Shown: positions 1 to 8,886 of the stretch, piece by piece | Layout: every line of letters begins with the position of its first letter | How positions within the stretch are numbered: the stretch's first letter is position 1 | IMG/VR virus record: IMGVR_UViG_3300006149_000007 | DNA: 64,000 nucleotides | Source of the DNA: a virus | Direction: 5' to 3' (one strand) | Translations under genes and position numbers: made by a program | The notes under the pieces: generated by a model | The model's database searches: none | What the model was told of the DNA's origin: nothing | What the model saw: only the letters and a program-made list of their open reading frames with translations

Positions 1-106
1 GTCGCAATATAGCACTGCGGTAGCATGGAAACTATTACCCGAACCCTACCACCCATAACCGCAAAGGAGTTGATTACATTGCAGGAATTTATAACTATCG
101 AGGCAG

Positions 107-997
107 GTGGTTGAATTGAATGGATGGTTTAAGTTTCACAGGAAAATATTTGAAAACCCGATATGCAACAAAGATTCCGAGTATTTTCATGTTTGGTGTT
201 GGATTTTAGCAAACGCTGAATTTGAGGAAAAGAGAGTGCTGTTTGGTGGAGAAGATATTGTTTTGCAAAAAGGGCAGATGATAACGACATCAAAAGAAAT
301 CGCTCAAAGTCTGAATATAAACGAGAGTAAAGTCAGAAGAATTTTGAAAAGCCTTGAAAATGCCAAACAAATTGACAGACAAACAAGCACGAGAAACTCA
401 CTAATTACGGTGGTTAATTGGCATTTGTACCAAAATAGTGACGGACAAAATGACGAACTAGTGACGGACAAGTGGCAAACAACTGACGGACAAGTGACGG
501 ACAAGCGACAAACGAGTGGCGAACCTTCTTATTATATAAAGAATAAAAGAATGGAAGAAAAGGAAGAAGATAAGAAAGAGGAAATCGTTTCCCCAGTTTC
601 CGAATTTTCAAACTGCTCTGATATTCAATCTATACTGACGGCATGGAACGAATTGGAGCGATACGGCATAAAGGCAGTAACAAAATTAAAAAGCACAACT
701 AAAAGATACAATTGGTTGTCAGCAAGGATAAAGGAATACAGCGTTGATGATGTGCTGACTGCCATAGAAAACATAAAACAGAGTGATTTTTTACAAGGCA
801 AGAACAACAGAGGTTGGGTAATAACATTTGATTGGTTTGTAAGACCAAACAATTTCCCAAAGGTTCTTGATGGGAATTATTCAAAAAATGATATGCAGAC
901 CGAAAGAAAGTCTTATGTGGGCAACTCAAGGGATGAACAATTTCAAAGGCTTATGGAACAGATAAGGAGGGATGAAGAAAATGCGAATAGAGGATAG
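107..997 (+). CDS. phage replisome organizer / DnaD-like replication initiator
   Basis: 296-aa ORF with GTG start. N-terminal winged-helix-like region (WFKFHRKIF...TSKEIAQSLNINESKVRRILKSLE) is typical of Firmicute phage replication organizers. Iterons lie inside the gene and a loader-like ORF follows. Confidence 0.6.
   Translation: MVELNGWFKFHRKIFENPICNKDSEYFHVWCWILANAEFEEKRVLFGGEDIVLQKGQMITTSKEIAQSLNINESKVRRILKSLENAKQIDRQTSTRNSLITVVNWHLYQNSDGQNDELVTDKWQTTDGQVTDKRQTSGEPSYYIKNKRMEEKEEDKKEEIVSPVSEFSNCSDIQSILTAWNELERYGIKAVTKLKSTTKRYNWLSARIKEYSVDDVLTAIENIKQSDFLQGKNNRGWVITFDWFVRPNNFPKVLDGNYSKNDMQTERKSYVGNSRDEQFQRLMEQIRRDEENANRG
439..504 (+). repeat. iteron cluster (4x TGACGGACAA plus one degenerate copy), candidate origin
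   Basis: Perfect 10-mers at 439, 462, 484 and 495, with TGACGAAC at 451. They sit in the linker of the replisome-organizer gene. Confidence 0.55.
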
Positions 998-1652
998 CCG
1001 CAAACTGATAGCGGTGCTTATGGTTACATATCCGAACTATAAACCGATTGATACAGAATTAGCGGCTAAAACATGGGCAGATGTAACAGAGGAATACACT
1101 TATGAGCAAGTAGATATGGCGTTGCGAAGTTATATAAAGTCAAATACAAGCGGTTTTGCTCCTGCTCCTGGTCAAATCATAGATAAGATACATACCATGA
1201 CACAACCGCAGGAATTAAACGAAATGGAAGCATGGTCACTTGTCTATAAGGCAATCTGCAACAGTACATACAATTCTGTTTCAGAGTTTGAAAAGTTGCC
1301 GCCACTTGTTCAAAAAGCAGTAGGGTTGCCAGACAGTTTGCGAGAATGGGCGATGACGGAAAACCTTAATCACGAGGTTGTGATGTCCAACTTTCAGCGG
1401 GCATACAAAACAGAACTGAAACGCCACGAGGAATTTCAAAGAATGCCGCAGAACGTCCGAAAACTCATAGAAAAGGCAAATGTCGGCTCATATTCGGCTC
1501 AAATAGCCGAGAGAAGACAGCAAGCCATAGAAAGTGCCAGCGATAGGAAACAAGCCGAAATCAAGGCATTAGAGATGAAACATGAGGGCGTACCAATGCC
1601 AGAGAGATATAAGGAAAGATTGGAGGATATGAGGGATGAAGATATTGTATGA
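972..1652 (+). CDS. helicase loader-like protein (SPP1 G39P-like N-terminus)
   Basis: N-terminus LIAVLMVTYPNYKPIDTELAAKTWADVTEEYTYEQVDMALRSYI fits the G39P loader/inhibitor pattern. Lies directly after the organizer. True start is probably the ATG at 981. Confidence 0.5.
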   Translation: MKKMRIEDSRKLIAVLMVTYPNYKPIDTELAAKTWADVTEEYTYEQVDMALRSYIKSNTSGFAPAPGQIIDKIHTMTQPQELNEMEAWSLVYKAICNSTYNSVSEFEKLPPLVQKAVGLPDSLREWAMTENLNHEVVMSNFQRAYKTELKRHEEFQRMPQNVRKLIEKANVGSYSAQIAERRQQAIESASDRKQAEIKALEMKHEGVPMPERYKERLEDMRDEDIV

Positions 1653-2046
1653 ATTATCAATAAAATTCCCGGAAAGTGTAGAATTGATAAAACACGAAGT
1701 TGATGAATGCGGAGTTTTTGCCAACGGCGAAACATGTAAATTAAATGGGGTTATAGCTCAAAGTGTAGTTTGCGGTCAATTCGGAAGTCTGACTGATTTA
1801 TTATGCAATTTTAATATAGGCATACATGGATTTTTTGATGAAAATGCGGTTTTCCACGACATGAGAGGAAAATTTTCTACTGGTTGGACTGATTTTAAAG
1901 ATGAAATTCATTTTTATTCTTATAGAAAAGGAGATTGTTTGGCGGTATTGAAACAGCTTTACAAGTTGCTTGGGGAGCAAAATAAGAAGATTGCAGAAAT
2001 GAGAAGGAATATTTCAAAATTCAGAAAGGGAAATAGCAATGGATAA
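1636..2046 (+). CDS. hypothetical protein
   Basis: 136-aa ORF, co-oriented, overlaps both neighbours by a few nt (translational coupling). Confidence 0.45.
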   Translation: MKILYELSIKFPESVELIKHEVDECGVFANGETCKLNGVIAQSVVCGQFGSLTDLLCNFNIGIHGFFDENAVFHDMRGKFSTGWTDFKDEIHFYSYRKGDCLAVLKQLYKLLGEQNKKIAEMRRNISKFRKGNSNG

Positions 2047-2449
2047 TAAAATCACAGTCTACACAGACGGTTCGGCCCTAAACAATGGAAGTTCTGACAG
2101 CGGTTGCGGCTGGGCTTGCAAGCTGATTTACCGGGGGCATGAGTTAATGAAATCTGGCGGCGACAAGGGAAAGACAAATAATGTAATGGAAATGACAGCT
2201 GTATTGCAAGCCATGAGAGCCATAACGGACAAGTCTATTCCAGTGGAAGTGTTTTCAGACAGCAAGTATGTGGTAGAAACACTGAACGGAAATTTTAAGA
2301 TTAAGAAGAATGTGGAGTTATGGCAAGAACTTATGGCAGAGAAAGGGAAGTTTGCGGATATTAAGTTTATTTGGGTTAAGGGGCATGACAAAGACAGGCA
2401 TAATATTGAGGTTGATAAAATGGAGGTTATGGAGGCGAGGAAAGTATGA
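2039..2449 (+). CDS. rnhA: ribonuclease HI
   Basis: Motifs VYTDGS, TNNVMEMTA, FSDSKYV and WVKGH...N..VD match the RNase HI DEDD catalytic core. Confidence 0.8.
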   Translation: MDNKITVYTDGSALNNGSSDSGCGWACKLIYRGHELMKSGGDKGKTNNVMEMTAVLQAMRAITDKSIPVEVFSDSKYVVETLNGNFKIKKNVELWQELMAEKGKFADIKFIWVKGHDKDRHNIEVDKMEVMEARKV

Positions 2450-2772
2450 GTTTTGATTATCAGAAATTTACATACCATTTGAGAGAGGCGAAAGAAAAGG
2501 CTCTTGAAGTGGTTGCAGGAGATGATGGAGGAAGTGCAAATTTAGACAGACTTGCAATATCACTTCCAAGATTGAAGGAAGAAAAAGTTATTGAGGCAAT
2601 CAAAAAGGCAGGACTATGGACGAGTGGTAGACGTAATTGGATTGGAAAGAGATATTTTATCTCTGCTCCACATGGTTCACAAGGAAACGACAACACAAGA
2701 CAGATTGAGGCTATGAGAGATTATCTCAAAGAAAAAGGATATGATGTTTTGATTTATTATCAAATGGATTAA
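2446..2772 (+). CDS. hypothetical protein
   Basis: 108-aa ORF with ATGA overlap to rnhA. Confidence 0.45.
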   Translation: MSFDYQKFTYHLREAKEKALEVVAGDDGGSANLDRLAISLPRLKEEKVIEAIKKAGLWTSGRRNWIGKRYFISAPHGSQGNDNTRQIEAMRDYLKEKGYDVLIYYQMD

Positions 2773-2779
2773 AAAAATT

Positions 2780-3337
2780 ATGGAGGTAAAGAGGTTTCTG
2801 TGCAGAATAAAGTCGGCTTTACTCCAAAAAATTATGACAGAACGATATGAGGAATACCATTTTTACAAGGATTTGAAAATCTGCGTCCGCTGTCACAAGA
2901 ATTTAGCAGAACCGCACAAGGTCATGTGTTTGGAATGTGCCGATAAAGACAGCGAACAGAGTAAAAAGAACAGGCAGAGAAATTTAGAGAAACATAAGAA
3001 ACGGGATTTAGATAAATACAACAGATTGAAAGAAATGGGTATCTGCACATACTGTAAGCACGAAAAGGCGGTTGTAGGAAAGACAAAATGTGCGAAATGC
3101 CTTGCAAAGATACGGAATAAGAGGAATGCAAAGAAAGCCGACATTGACCGTTCGGAACGTGTGTCGTATGGGATTTGCTATATATGCGGCAAGGATAAGG
3201 TTATGGACGGCAAGGGAGTTTGCGAGAAATGCTATGAGAAACGCATGGAGAGCATAGGGAAGATTATGTATCTTCCAGGAAGTGATTTTTGGAGGAATGA
3301 CAATAAACTGGTTTTTGGAAATGGAGGTAGGGAATGA
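2780..3337 (+). CDS. multi-CxxC zinc-ribbon protein
   Basis: Three repeats of CxxC-x(8-12)-CxxC (CVRCHK..CLEC, CTYCKH..CAKC, CYICGK..CEKC). Confidence 0.5.
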   Translation: MEVKRFLCRIKSALLQKIMTERYEEYHFYKDLKICVRCHKNLAEPHKVMCLECADKDSEQSKKNRQRNLEKHKKRDLDKYNRLKEMGICTYCKHEKAVVGKTKCAKCLAKIRNKRNAKKADIDRSERVSYGICYICGKDKVMDGKGVCEKCYEKRMESIGKIMYLPGSDFWRNDNKLVFGNGGRE

Positions 3338-3603
3338 GTAAATCTATTTTAGTGATTGATACACCGGAAAGTTGCGGTCAATGTCCATGTTTTCTTGAAG
3401 TTGCGACAGATTGTTGTGGAATGAATGGAAAGGATATTGACAGTCATAGTAAACCTGATTGGTGTCCACTGAAAGATGTGCCAAAGAAAACAAGTGTTGG
3501 AATTGAGATTTGTATCGGAAATAAAACAGAATGTGTGAAAAGTTACGTTGATGGCTACAACGCTTGCATTGATGAGATTTTGAAAGGAGATGTTAGAGAA
3601 TGA
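3334..3603 (+). CDS. hypothetical Cys-rich protein
   Basis: 89-aa ORF with ATGA overlap; contains CGQCPC and CCG motifs. Confidence 0.45.
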   Translation: MSKSILVIDTPESCGQCPCFLEVATDCCGMNGKDIDSHSKPDWCPLKDVPKKTSVGIEICIGNKTECVKSYVDGYNACIDEILKGDVRE

Positions 3604-3803
3604 AGGAAACACCGAGGGTTGAGATAAAGGACAAACTGAATCTGACGATTGAAGAAGCGGCGGCATACAGCAATATTGGCATTAACAAGATTGGAGAGCT
3701 GATTAAACAGCCGAGATGTCCATTTGTTATATACATAGGAAGAAAGCGGCTAATTAAACGGAAAGAATTTGAAAAATTTATTGAAAATCAAATACAAATA
3801 TAA
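3600..3803 (+). CDS. xis: excisionase-type helix-turn-helix DNA-binding protein
   Basis: LTIEEAAAYSNIGINKIGELI...IGRKRLIKRKEFEKFI is a MerR/excisionase-family HTH. Lies immediately upstream of the integrase. Confidence 0.6.
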   Translation: MKETPRVEIKDKLNLTIEEAAAYSNIGINKIGELIKQPRCPFVIYIGRKRLIKRKEFEKFIENQIQI

Positions 3804-3885
3804 ATTTATGTGGAAATATAAAGCCTTATGTGGTAATATATAAGTTACTGTATTAAGGCTTTTTTCACAAGAAAGGAGCCGGATA

Positions 3886-5016
3886 ATGGGAAAGGATTTA
3901 AGAGGAAAGGAGTTAGGAGTTGGCATTTGCCAAGTAAAAAGTGGCAAATATGTTGCAAGGTTTACGAACCGCAACGGGAAACGCATTAAAAAAGTATTTG
4001 ATAAGCTGCAAGAGTGCAGACAATGGCTTGCGGATGCACAGTTTGAGGATGAACACGGGAATGTATTGCAAGGAGAGAATCCGACAGTGGACGCATGGTA
4101 TCATTACTGGATTGATAATGTAAAGGGCGATAACATCCGATTTAACACTCGAAGAAATTATAACGAGCGTTATGACAAGAACATAAAGCCGCTGATTGGG
4201 GATATGCTTTTAAAGGATGTAAAGCCGTTGCATTGCCAGAATGTGCTTAATCAAATGGCAGATAGATACGCAAATTCAGTCATTGAACATAGTCGCCTGG
4301 TTATGTGGATGATGTTTGACAGTGCAGTTGAAAATGAATTGATTGCCAAAAATCCAGTAACAAAGAGTGTCAAATGCACAAGTGGACGAAAGTCAAAGGA
4401 AATGCGGGCATTGACGATTGAAGAACAGAAGTTATTTCTTGAGACCGTTAATGGGACAAGCAATTACAACCAGTATGCTTTGCTTTTGCAGACGGGGCTA
4501 CGAACAGGGGAAATGATAGGATTGCGGTGGTCGGATGTGGATTTTGAAAATCGGGTATTACATATCCGCCGCACAATGGAGTACCGACACTCTGTAGGAG
4601 AATGGAGAATCGGGGAGCCTAAGACAAAGAACAGCGTTAGAGATGTGCCATTGACACAAGAGGCGGTTGATATTCTAAAAAACCAGAAAGAAAAGCTAAA
4701 AACACTGAAAGTCAGACCGATAGAGTTTAAGGATATCGTTTTCCTCTGCCGGGATGGTACGCCAACCAAGAATAGTGCGTATGATACAAAGTTATTCTAT
4801 TATTGCGACAAGGCAGGAATACCGAGGTTTTCCATGCATGTTTTAAGACACACTTTTGCTACCAGGTGCATAGAAGGTGGTATGCGTCCAAAGACATTAC
4901 AAACAATATTAGGACATTCAAGTATAGGAATTACTATGAACTTGTATGTTCATGTGACGGATGATGAAAAGGTAAAAGAAGTACAAAATATTGAAAAAAT
5001 ACTTAAAATCATCTAA
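3886..5016 (+). CDS. int: tyrosine site-specific integrase
   Basis: 376 aa. C-terminal catalytic signature GLRTGEMIGLRW, HVLRHTFAT, LGHSSIGITMNLYVH (R..HxxR..Y). SAM-like N-terminal core-binding region. Confidence 0.9.
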   Translation: MGKDLRGKELGVGICQVKSGKYVARFTNRNGKRIKKVFDKLQECRQWLADAQFEDEHGNVLQGENPTVDAWYHYWIDNVKGDNIRFNTRRNYNERYDKNIKPLIGDMLLKDVKPLHCQNVLNQMADRYANSVIEHSRLVMWMMFDSAVENELIAKNPVTKSVKCTSGRKSKEMRALTIEEQKLFLETVNGTSNYNQYALLLQTGLRTGEMIGLRWSDVDFENRVLHIRRTMEYRHSVGEWRIGEPKTKNSVRDVPLTQEAVDILKNQKEKLKTLKVRPIEFKDIVFLCRDGTPTKNSAYDTKLFYYCDKAGIPRFSMHVLRHTFATRCIEGGMRPKTLQTILGHSSIGITMNLYVHVTDDEKVKEVQNIEKILKII

Positions 5017-5018
5017 AA

Positions 5019-5281
5019 TTGGTACTTAAATTGGTACTCGAAGAAATATAGATATTAAGAAAACCGCCTATTTTAAGGCATTTACAAGGAGGAATATATA
5101 AAAATGAAACTGGGAATCGTAGGATTTTAAGGATTTTTATATAATTATTTATATTACCTTATATTCTTACAAATCCGCATAAATACAGTATTTTATGCTG
5201 ATTTAAGTTTTATGTATTTATTTATAAGTTTTTATAATTTTATATCAAATTGGTACTCAACTGGTACTCGGTTGGTACTCG
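5019..5281 (+). other. candidate attP (arm-type repeats plus core inverted repeat)
   Basis: Five direct (T/C)TGGTACT(C/T) copies at 5019, 5031, 5250, 5261 and 5272, spaced 11-12 bp. They flank an AT-rich stretch containing GCATAAA-N8-TTTATGC (5177-5198). Confidence 0.5.
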
Positions 5282-5442
5282 AAATTTTTTACAAATGAAA
5301 GCCTTAATACAGTTTTTTAATTGAATATATATTTGACGATTGACTTTTAAGCGACCATTATACACCTATTATTGAGCCAATAACGGACTGTTATAGGTTC
5401 TTTTTTTATGCGAAAATATAAACGTAAGGAGGTAAAAGTCCT

Positions 5443-5619
5443 ATGTTTACAGACACAGTTCTCGAAAAAATCTTCGCACATGTGGAAATGCAGAAAATCC
5501 CTATCGGTTTTCAGTCAACAGCCGTTCATGTGTTTGAAGAAATATTAAGTGATAGATTGGAGGAAAACCCTTATGTCAGCTTATCCGAACTATTCGTTTC
5601 AACCACAGCAGATGAATAA
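5443..5619 (+). CDS. small hypothetical protein (58 aa, below ORF-track cutoff)
   Basis: Strong RBS AAGGAGG lies 8 nt upstream of ATG 5443. Reads MFTDTVLEKIFAHVEMQKIP... and ends at TAA 5617-5619. Confidence 0.3.
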   Translation: MFTDTVLEKIFAHVEMQKIPIGFQSTAVHVFEEILSDRLEENPYVSLSELFVSTTADE

Positions 5620-6064
5620 CCCATATCAGGGCAGTTATCAGTCCATTCAGAACCCGTATATGGCACAGATGGGGCAGTATCAGCAGAATTTTCAGCCGCA
5701 GGTACAGCAAGTACAACAGCAACAGCAGGGGATAATCGGAAAGATTGTAAACGACTTTTCCGAACTGACCGCTAATGATGTTCCTATGAACGGAAGTGCA
5801 GCATTTTTTCCAAAAGCTGACGGTACAGAATTGCAAGTCAGAAGTTGGACACCTAACGGAACGATACAGACAATCGTTTACAAGCCCGTACAGCCCGAAA
5901 ACCAGTCGGAGGGTACAAATATTCCGCAGATGGATTTTAACGCCTTAAATGAGGACGTGAGAGCTTTGAGAGAGGATATTCTGGCAAGGCTTGACGCAAT
6001 AGAAAAGTCGGTGAGCAAGCCAAGTGCAAAAGGGAAGAGGACAGAGGTAGTCGAAAATGAGTGA
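5573..6064 (+). CDS. Q/N-rich low-complexity protein
   Basis: The ORF-track entry is 5549..6064, but the start is likelier ATG 5573, after GGAGG. N-terminus is ~60 aa of Q/N/Y/P-rich sequence (QPQQMNNPYQGSYQSIQNPYMAQMGQYQQNFQPQVQQVQQQQQ). Confidence 0.5.
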   Translation: MSAYPNYSFQPQQMNNPYQGSYQSIQNPYMAQMGQYQQNFQPQVQQVQQQQQGIIGKIVNDFSELTANDVPMNGSAAFFPKADGTELQVRSWTPNGTIQTIVYKPVQPENQSEGTNIPQMDFNALNEDVRALREDILARLDAIEKSVSKPSAKGKRTEVVENE

Positions 6065-6260
6065 AGTTAAAGAAAATACAGCAGTTGAAGAAAATAAAGA
6101 ATGGAAAACGAACGGGTTTGATTGGATTTTTATACTTATTCGTATGCTTTGCTTTGGCAGTTGGGGAAACTCTGAAAATCCACGCATTTCCGAACTTGAA
6201 AAGCAAGTCGCAAGGCTTGAAGGACAGATGTCTATGATTGGAGGTAATCGGTATGAATAG
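6057..6260 (+). CDS. hypothetical protein (hydrophobic segment plus short coiled coil)
   Basis: 67-aa ORF overlapping the upstream stop. Confidence 0.4.
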   Translation: MSEVKENTAVEENKEWKTNGFDWIFILIRMLCFGSWGNSENPRISELEKQVARLEGQMSMIGGNRYE

Positions 6261-6362
6261 AAGAAAACAGGCGCAGATTGCACAGGCAATGAAGAGCCGT
6301 TCCAATATAGTAAAACAGTTTGCAAGAAAAAAGTCTGAAAAGAAAAGCAAGGGGGTATGACC

Positions 6363-6605
6363 ATGAATCCTATGATGGCAATGATTGGACAGATGATGAA
6401 AGGTGGAATTAACCCACAAAATATGATGAAACAAATGATGAATAACAATCAGATAATGAGCAATCCAATGGGAAAGAACATTATGGAAATGGCGCAGAGT
6501 GGAAACATATCTGGCATTGAACAGCTTGGAAGAAATATTGCAAAGGAAAGGGGAATTGACTTCGACAAAGCATTTTCGGAGTTTAAAAGCCAATTCCCGC
6601 AATAA
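6363..6605 (+). CDS. Met/Asn-rich small protein
   Basis: MNPMMAMIGQMMKGGINPQNMMKQMMNNNQIM... RBS AAGGGGG lies 7 nt upstream of ATG 6363. Confidence 0.45.
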   Translation: MNPMMAMIGQMMKGGINPQNMMKQMMNNNQIMSNPMGKNIMEMAQSGNISGIEQLGRNIAKERGIDFDKAFSEFKSQFPQ

Positions 6606-6607
6606 GG

Positions 6608-7432
6608 CTATTTGTGTACTTTTTCCGTAAAGGCTCTTTCAACAGACCATCCTTTTCTTAATCGGTTATGGAGAACATCCCAACTCATATCAAGAATGTC
6701 AGACCATTCTTTTAATGTTTTGGTTTCTCCATGATATTCAATCAAAAGATTGCTTGATTTGTTTATGGATTGTTCTGCTTGAGTAGCCCACCGACAGTTA
6801 GATGGTTCATAGTTACCGTCATTGTCGATACGGTCAATGGTATATCCGTCAGGACGACCGCCTATGCCTTCAGACCATTTTGCAAAACTCCAAAAATCGT
6901 GCCATTCCTTACATACGGTTATTCCACGATTTCCATAAAGGTAATACTTTGGGTGATTTGGATTCTCACAACGACCAATCATATTTTTCCAAAGACCGTA
7001 AAGCGGATGTAGCGTTCTGCCGTCTATATATGCTGGACTGTTTTTCAGCAAGCAACCGCAACTTTTTAACTTTCCGTTTTTGAATTGGTACGGAAGAATG
7101 CGAATAGTGTTTCCACATTCGCAAAGGCAGTCAATATACTGCCGTTTATCGCTTGGTTTTCTTTCTGAAAAACCTATGGCAGTAAGTAGATAAGACTTTT
7201 TGCCTATGAAATCTTCAATTTTAACTTTTATAGGCTGTTTGTTTGAAAAAGAACAATTACCGCAAGACTTTTGAAGACCTCTTATTACTCTATCAGGAGC
7301 ATAAGAAACGATTTTACCGCAATCGCATTGAAAATCAAAAGCATTTGGAATGTCTGAATTTTCAGACTGCTTAACAACAGTGAGATAACCATACCGTTTT
7401 CCGGTATAGTCAGAAATATGGTATTTGAGCAT
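6608..7432 (-). CDS. zinc-ribbon-repeat / HNH_3-like endonuclease-family protein (paralog A)
   Basis: Two G.R.G.L.V..W.C.C.CGN....SCGC modules, followed by YGNRGITVCKEW...TIDRIDNDGNYEPSNCRWATQAEQ and a C-terminal HTH-like tail. Confidence 0.55.
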   Translation of the reverse strand: MLKYHISDYTGKRYGYLTVVKQSENSDIPNAFDFQCDCGKIVSYAPDRVIRGLQKSCGNCSFSNKQPIKVKIEDFIGKKSYLLTAIGFSERKPSDKRQYIDCLCECGNTIRILPYQFKNGKLKSCGCLLKNSPAYIDGRTLHPLYGLWKNMIGRCENPNHPKYYLYGNRGITVCKEWHDFWSFAKWSEGIGGRPDGYTIDRIDNDGNYEPSNCRWATQAEQSINKSSNLLIEYHGETKTLKEWSDILDMSWDVLHNRLRKGWSVERAFTEKVHK

Positions 7433-7614
7433 AAAAACAACACCGTCCTTTCAGTGTAAAAAGTCCTTTTTCGTTAAGTGCGGAAACCATTAAGGACTTA
7501 TGGCTTTCGGGTCGCGATTCCCTATCCGCACATAAATATTATATCACAAATCATAGATAAAATCAATAATTTTCATAAGTTAGCATATTAGAGGTTGCGC
7601 GCATAATACCTAGG

Positions 7615-7648
7615 TTCCTCTTTATGAAATATATCCATAAAGGAGGAA
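7615..7648 (+). promoter_or_regulatory. RBS-sequestering hairpin upstream of 7656 ORF
   Basis: TTCCTCTTTATG (7615-7626) pairs with CATAAAGGAGGAA (7636-7648): 12 bp with one bulge. The 3' arm contains the AAGGAGG Shine-Dalgarno. Confidence 0.45.
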
Positions 7649-7655
7649 AACTAAT

Positions 7656-8549
7656 ATGTTTAGTAGTGGAAATTGTGGTGTGCCTATCACAATGAATGTA
7701 GAACCTGCCGGGTCAAACTGCAATAACGGTAACGGAATGTGGGGCGGCGATGGTGCATGGTGGATTGTGATTTTTGTTCTCTTTTTCGCTTTTGGAGGCT
7801 GGGGCAATAACGGATGGGGTGGCAACGGCGGAAACGGCGGTGCAGTACCTTATGTGGTTGGAAACAGCTACACAGACGCTTCCATTCAGCGTGGATTTGA
7901 CACGCAGGCAATCCTTGGCAAGTTAGACGGTATCAACGGCGGCTTGTGTGATGGATTCTATGCGGTAAACACTTCAATCCTTAATGCACAGAGCGGTATC
8001 CAGAACAGCTTGTGTCAGGGCTTCAACAGTGTGAACACAAACATCATGCAGGGTAACTTCGGGTTACAGCAGGCTATCAACAATGCGGCTGTAGCGAATA
8101 TGCAGGGGCAGAACGCTTTGCAGGCACAGTTATCTGACTGCTGCTGCACAACACAGAGAGCCATTGACGGTGTAAACTACAACATGGCTACAAACACCTG
8201 TTCGATTACAAATCAGATGAACAACAACACGAGAGATATTATTGATTCACAGAACGCAGGAACTCGTGCTATCCTTGACTATCTGTGTCAGGATAAAATC
8301 GCAACCTTGCAGGCAGAGAACCAGAGCCTTAAACTGGCGGCTTCGCAGGCAGACCAGAACAACTTCATTGCGGCGAATCAGAGCGCACAGACAGCGGAGA
8401 TTATTCGCAGACTTGGTGCAGACTGTCCTCAGCCGGCATATGTTGTTCAGCCTCCGCAGCCTGTCACATTCCCGACTAATTGTTGCGGTGGCGTAAATTA
8501 CGCCGGATATGGCAATAACGGCTGTGGCTGTAACAGCGGTTGTTGCTAA
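7656..8549 (+). CDS. Gly/Asn/Gln/Cys-rich membrane-anchored low-complexity protein
   Basis: 297 aa. One hydrophobic segment WWIVIFVLFFAFGGW flanked by GNG/GWG repeats. About 16 Cys, including a C-terminal NGCGCNSGCC. Confidence 0.55.
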   Translation: MFSSGNCGVPITMNVEPAGSNCNNGNGMWGGDGAWWIVIFVLFFAFGGWGNNGWGGNGGNGGAVPYVVGNSYTDASIQRGFDTQAILGKLDGINGGLCDGFYAVNTSILNAQSGIQNSLCQGFNSVNTNIMQGNFGLQQAINNAAVANMQGQNALQAQLSDCCCTTQRAIDGVNYNMATNTCSITNQMNNNTRDIIDSQNAGTRAILDYLCQDKIATLQAENQSLKLAASQADQNNFIAANQSAQTAEIIRRLGADCPQPAYVVQPPQPVTFPTNCCGGVNYAGYGNNGCGCNSGCC

Positions 8550-8755
8550 TGTACGGTAACGGCAGGCAATGGTCTTTGATAGATATGCTCACGATGTTTG
8601 ACACTTTCCTGCAAATGGCTGACTTTCAGATGAATGTTCAGCAGTCATCAAATGACGACATTATGCGGGAACTTGGCAGGCAGAACGAGAAGTATCTTGA
8701 GAAGATTATTGCAAATCAGGAAGAAATCTTGAAAAAACTCGCCGATTTAGGCTGA
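8549..8755 (+). CDS. hypothetical protein
   Basis: TAATG overlap with the preceding stop; 68 aa. Confidence 0.4.
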   Translation: MYGNGRQWSLIDMLTMFDTFLQMADFQMNVQQSSNDDIMRELGRQNEKYLEKIIANQEEILKKLADLG

Positions 8756-8788
8756 TTATTCCCCATTTATGGGTTGATTATAAGCAAA

Positions 8789-8817
8789 GGGCGAGATGTA
8801 ACAGTCTTGCCCCTTTT
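8789..8817 (+). terminator. rho-independent terminator
   Basis: GGGCGAGA/TCTTGCCC stem (8 bp, one G-U) followed by TTTT. Confidence 0.55.
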
Positions 8818-8886
8818 GCGTTGCACATTGAAAACTGAATATTGGCTGGTAATTTGTGCGTTTCATAAAAACTTTGTAAAAACCTC

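Noticed and set aside
25-114. 29-aa ORF at the left edge that overlaps the GTG start of the organizer gene.
   Set aside because: It is too short and has no recognisable RBS or motif. It may be the tail of nothing, since an in-frame stop lies at 10-12.
5937-6602. Long minus-strand ORFs (221 and 167 aa) antisense to the small plus-strand genes. Similar antisense ORFs occur at 39872..40318, 40346..40762, 60323..60814 and 24836..25276.
   Set aside because: Their composition (Phe/Leu/His/Cys/Ser-rich) is typical of shadow frames. They lack RBSs and overlap better-supported plus-strand genes.
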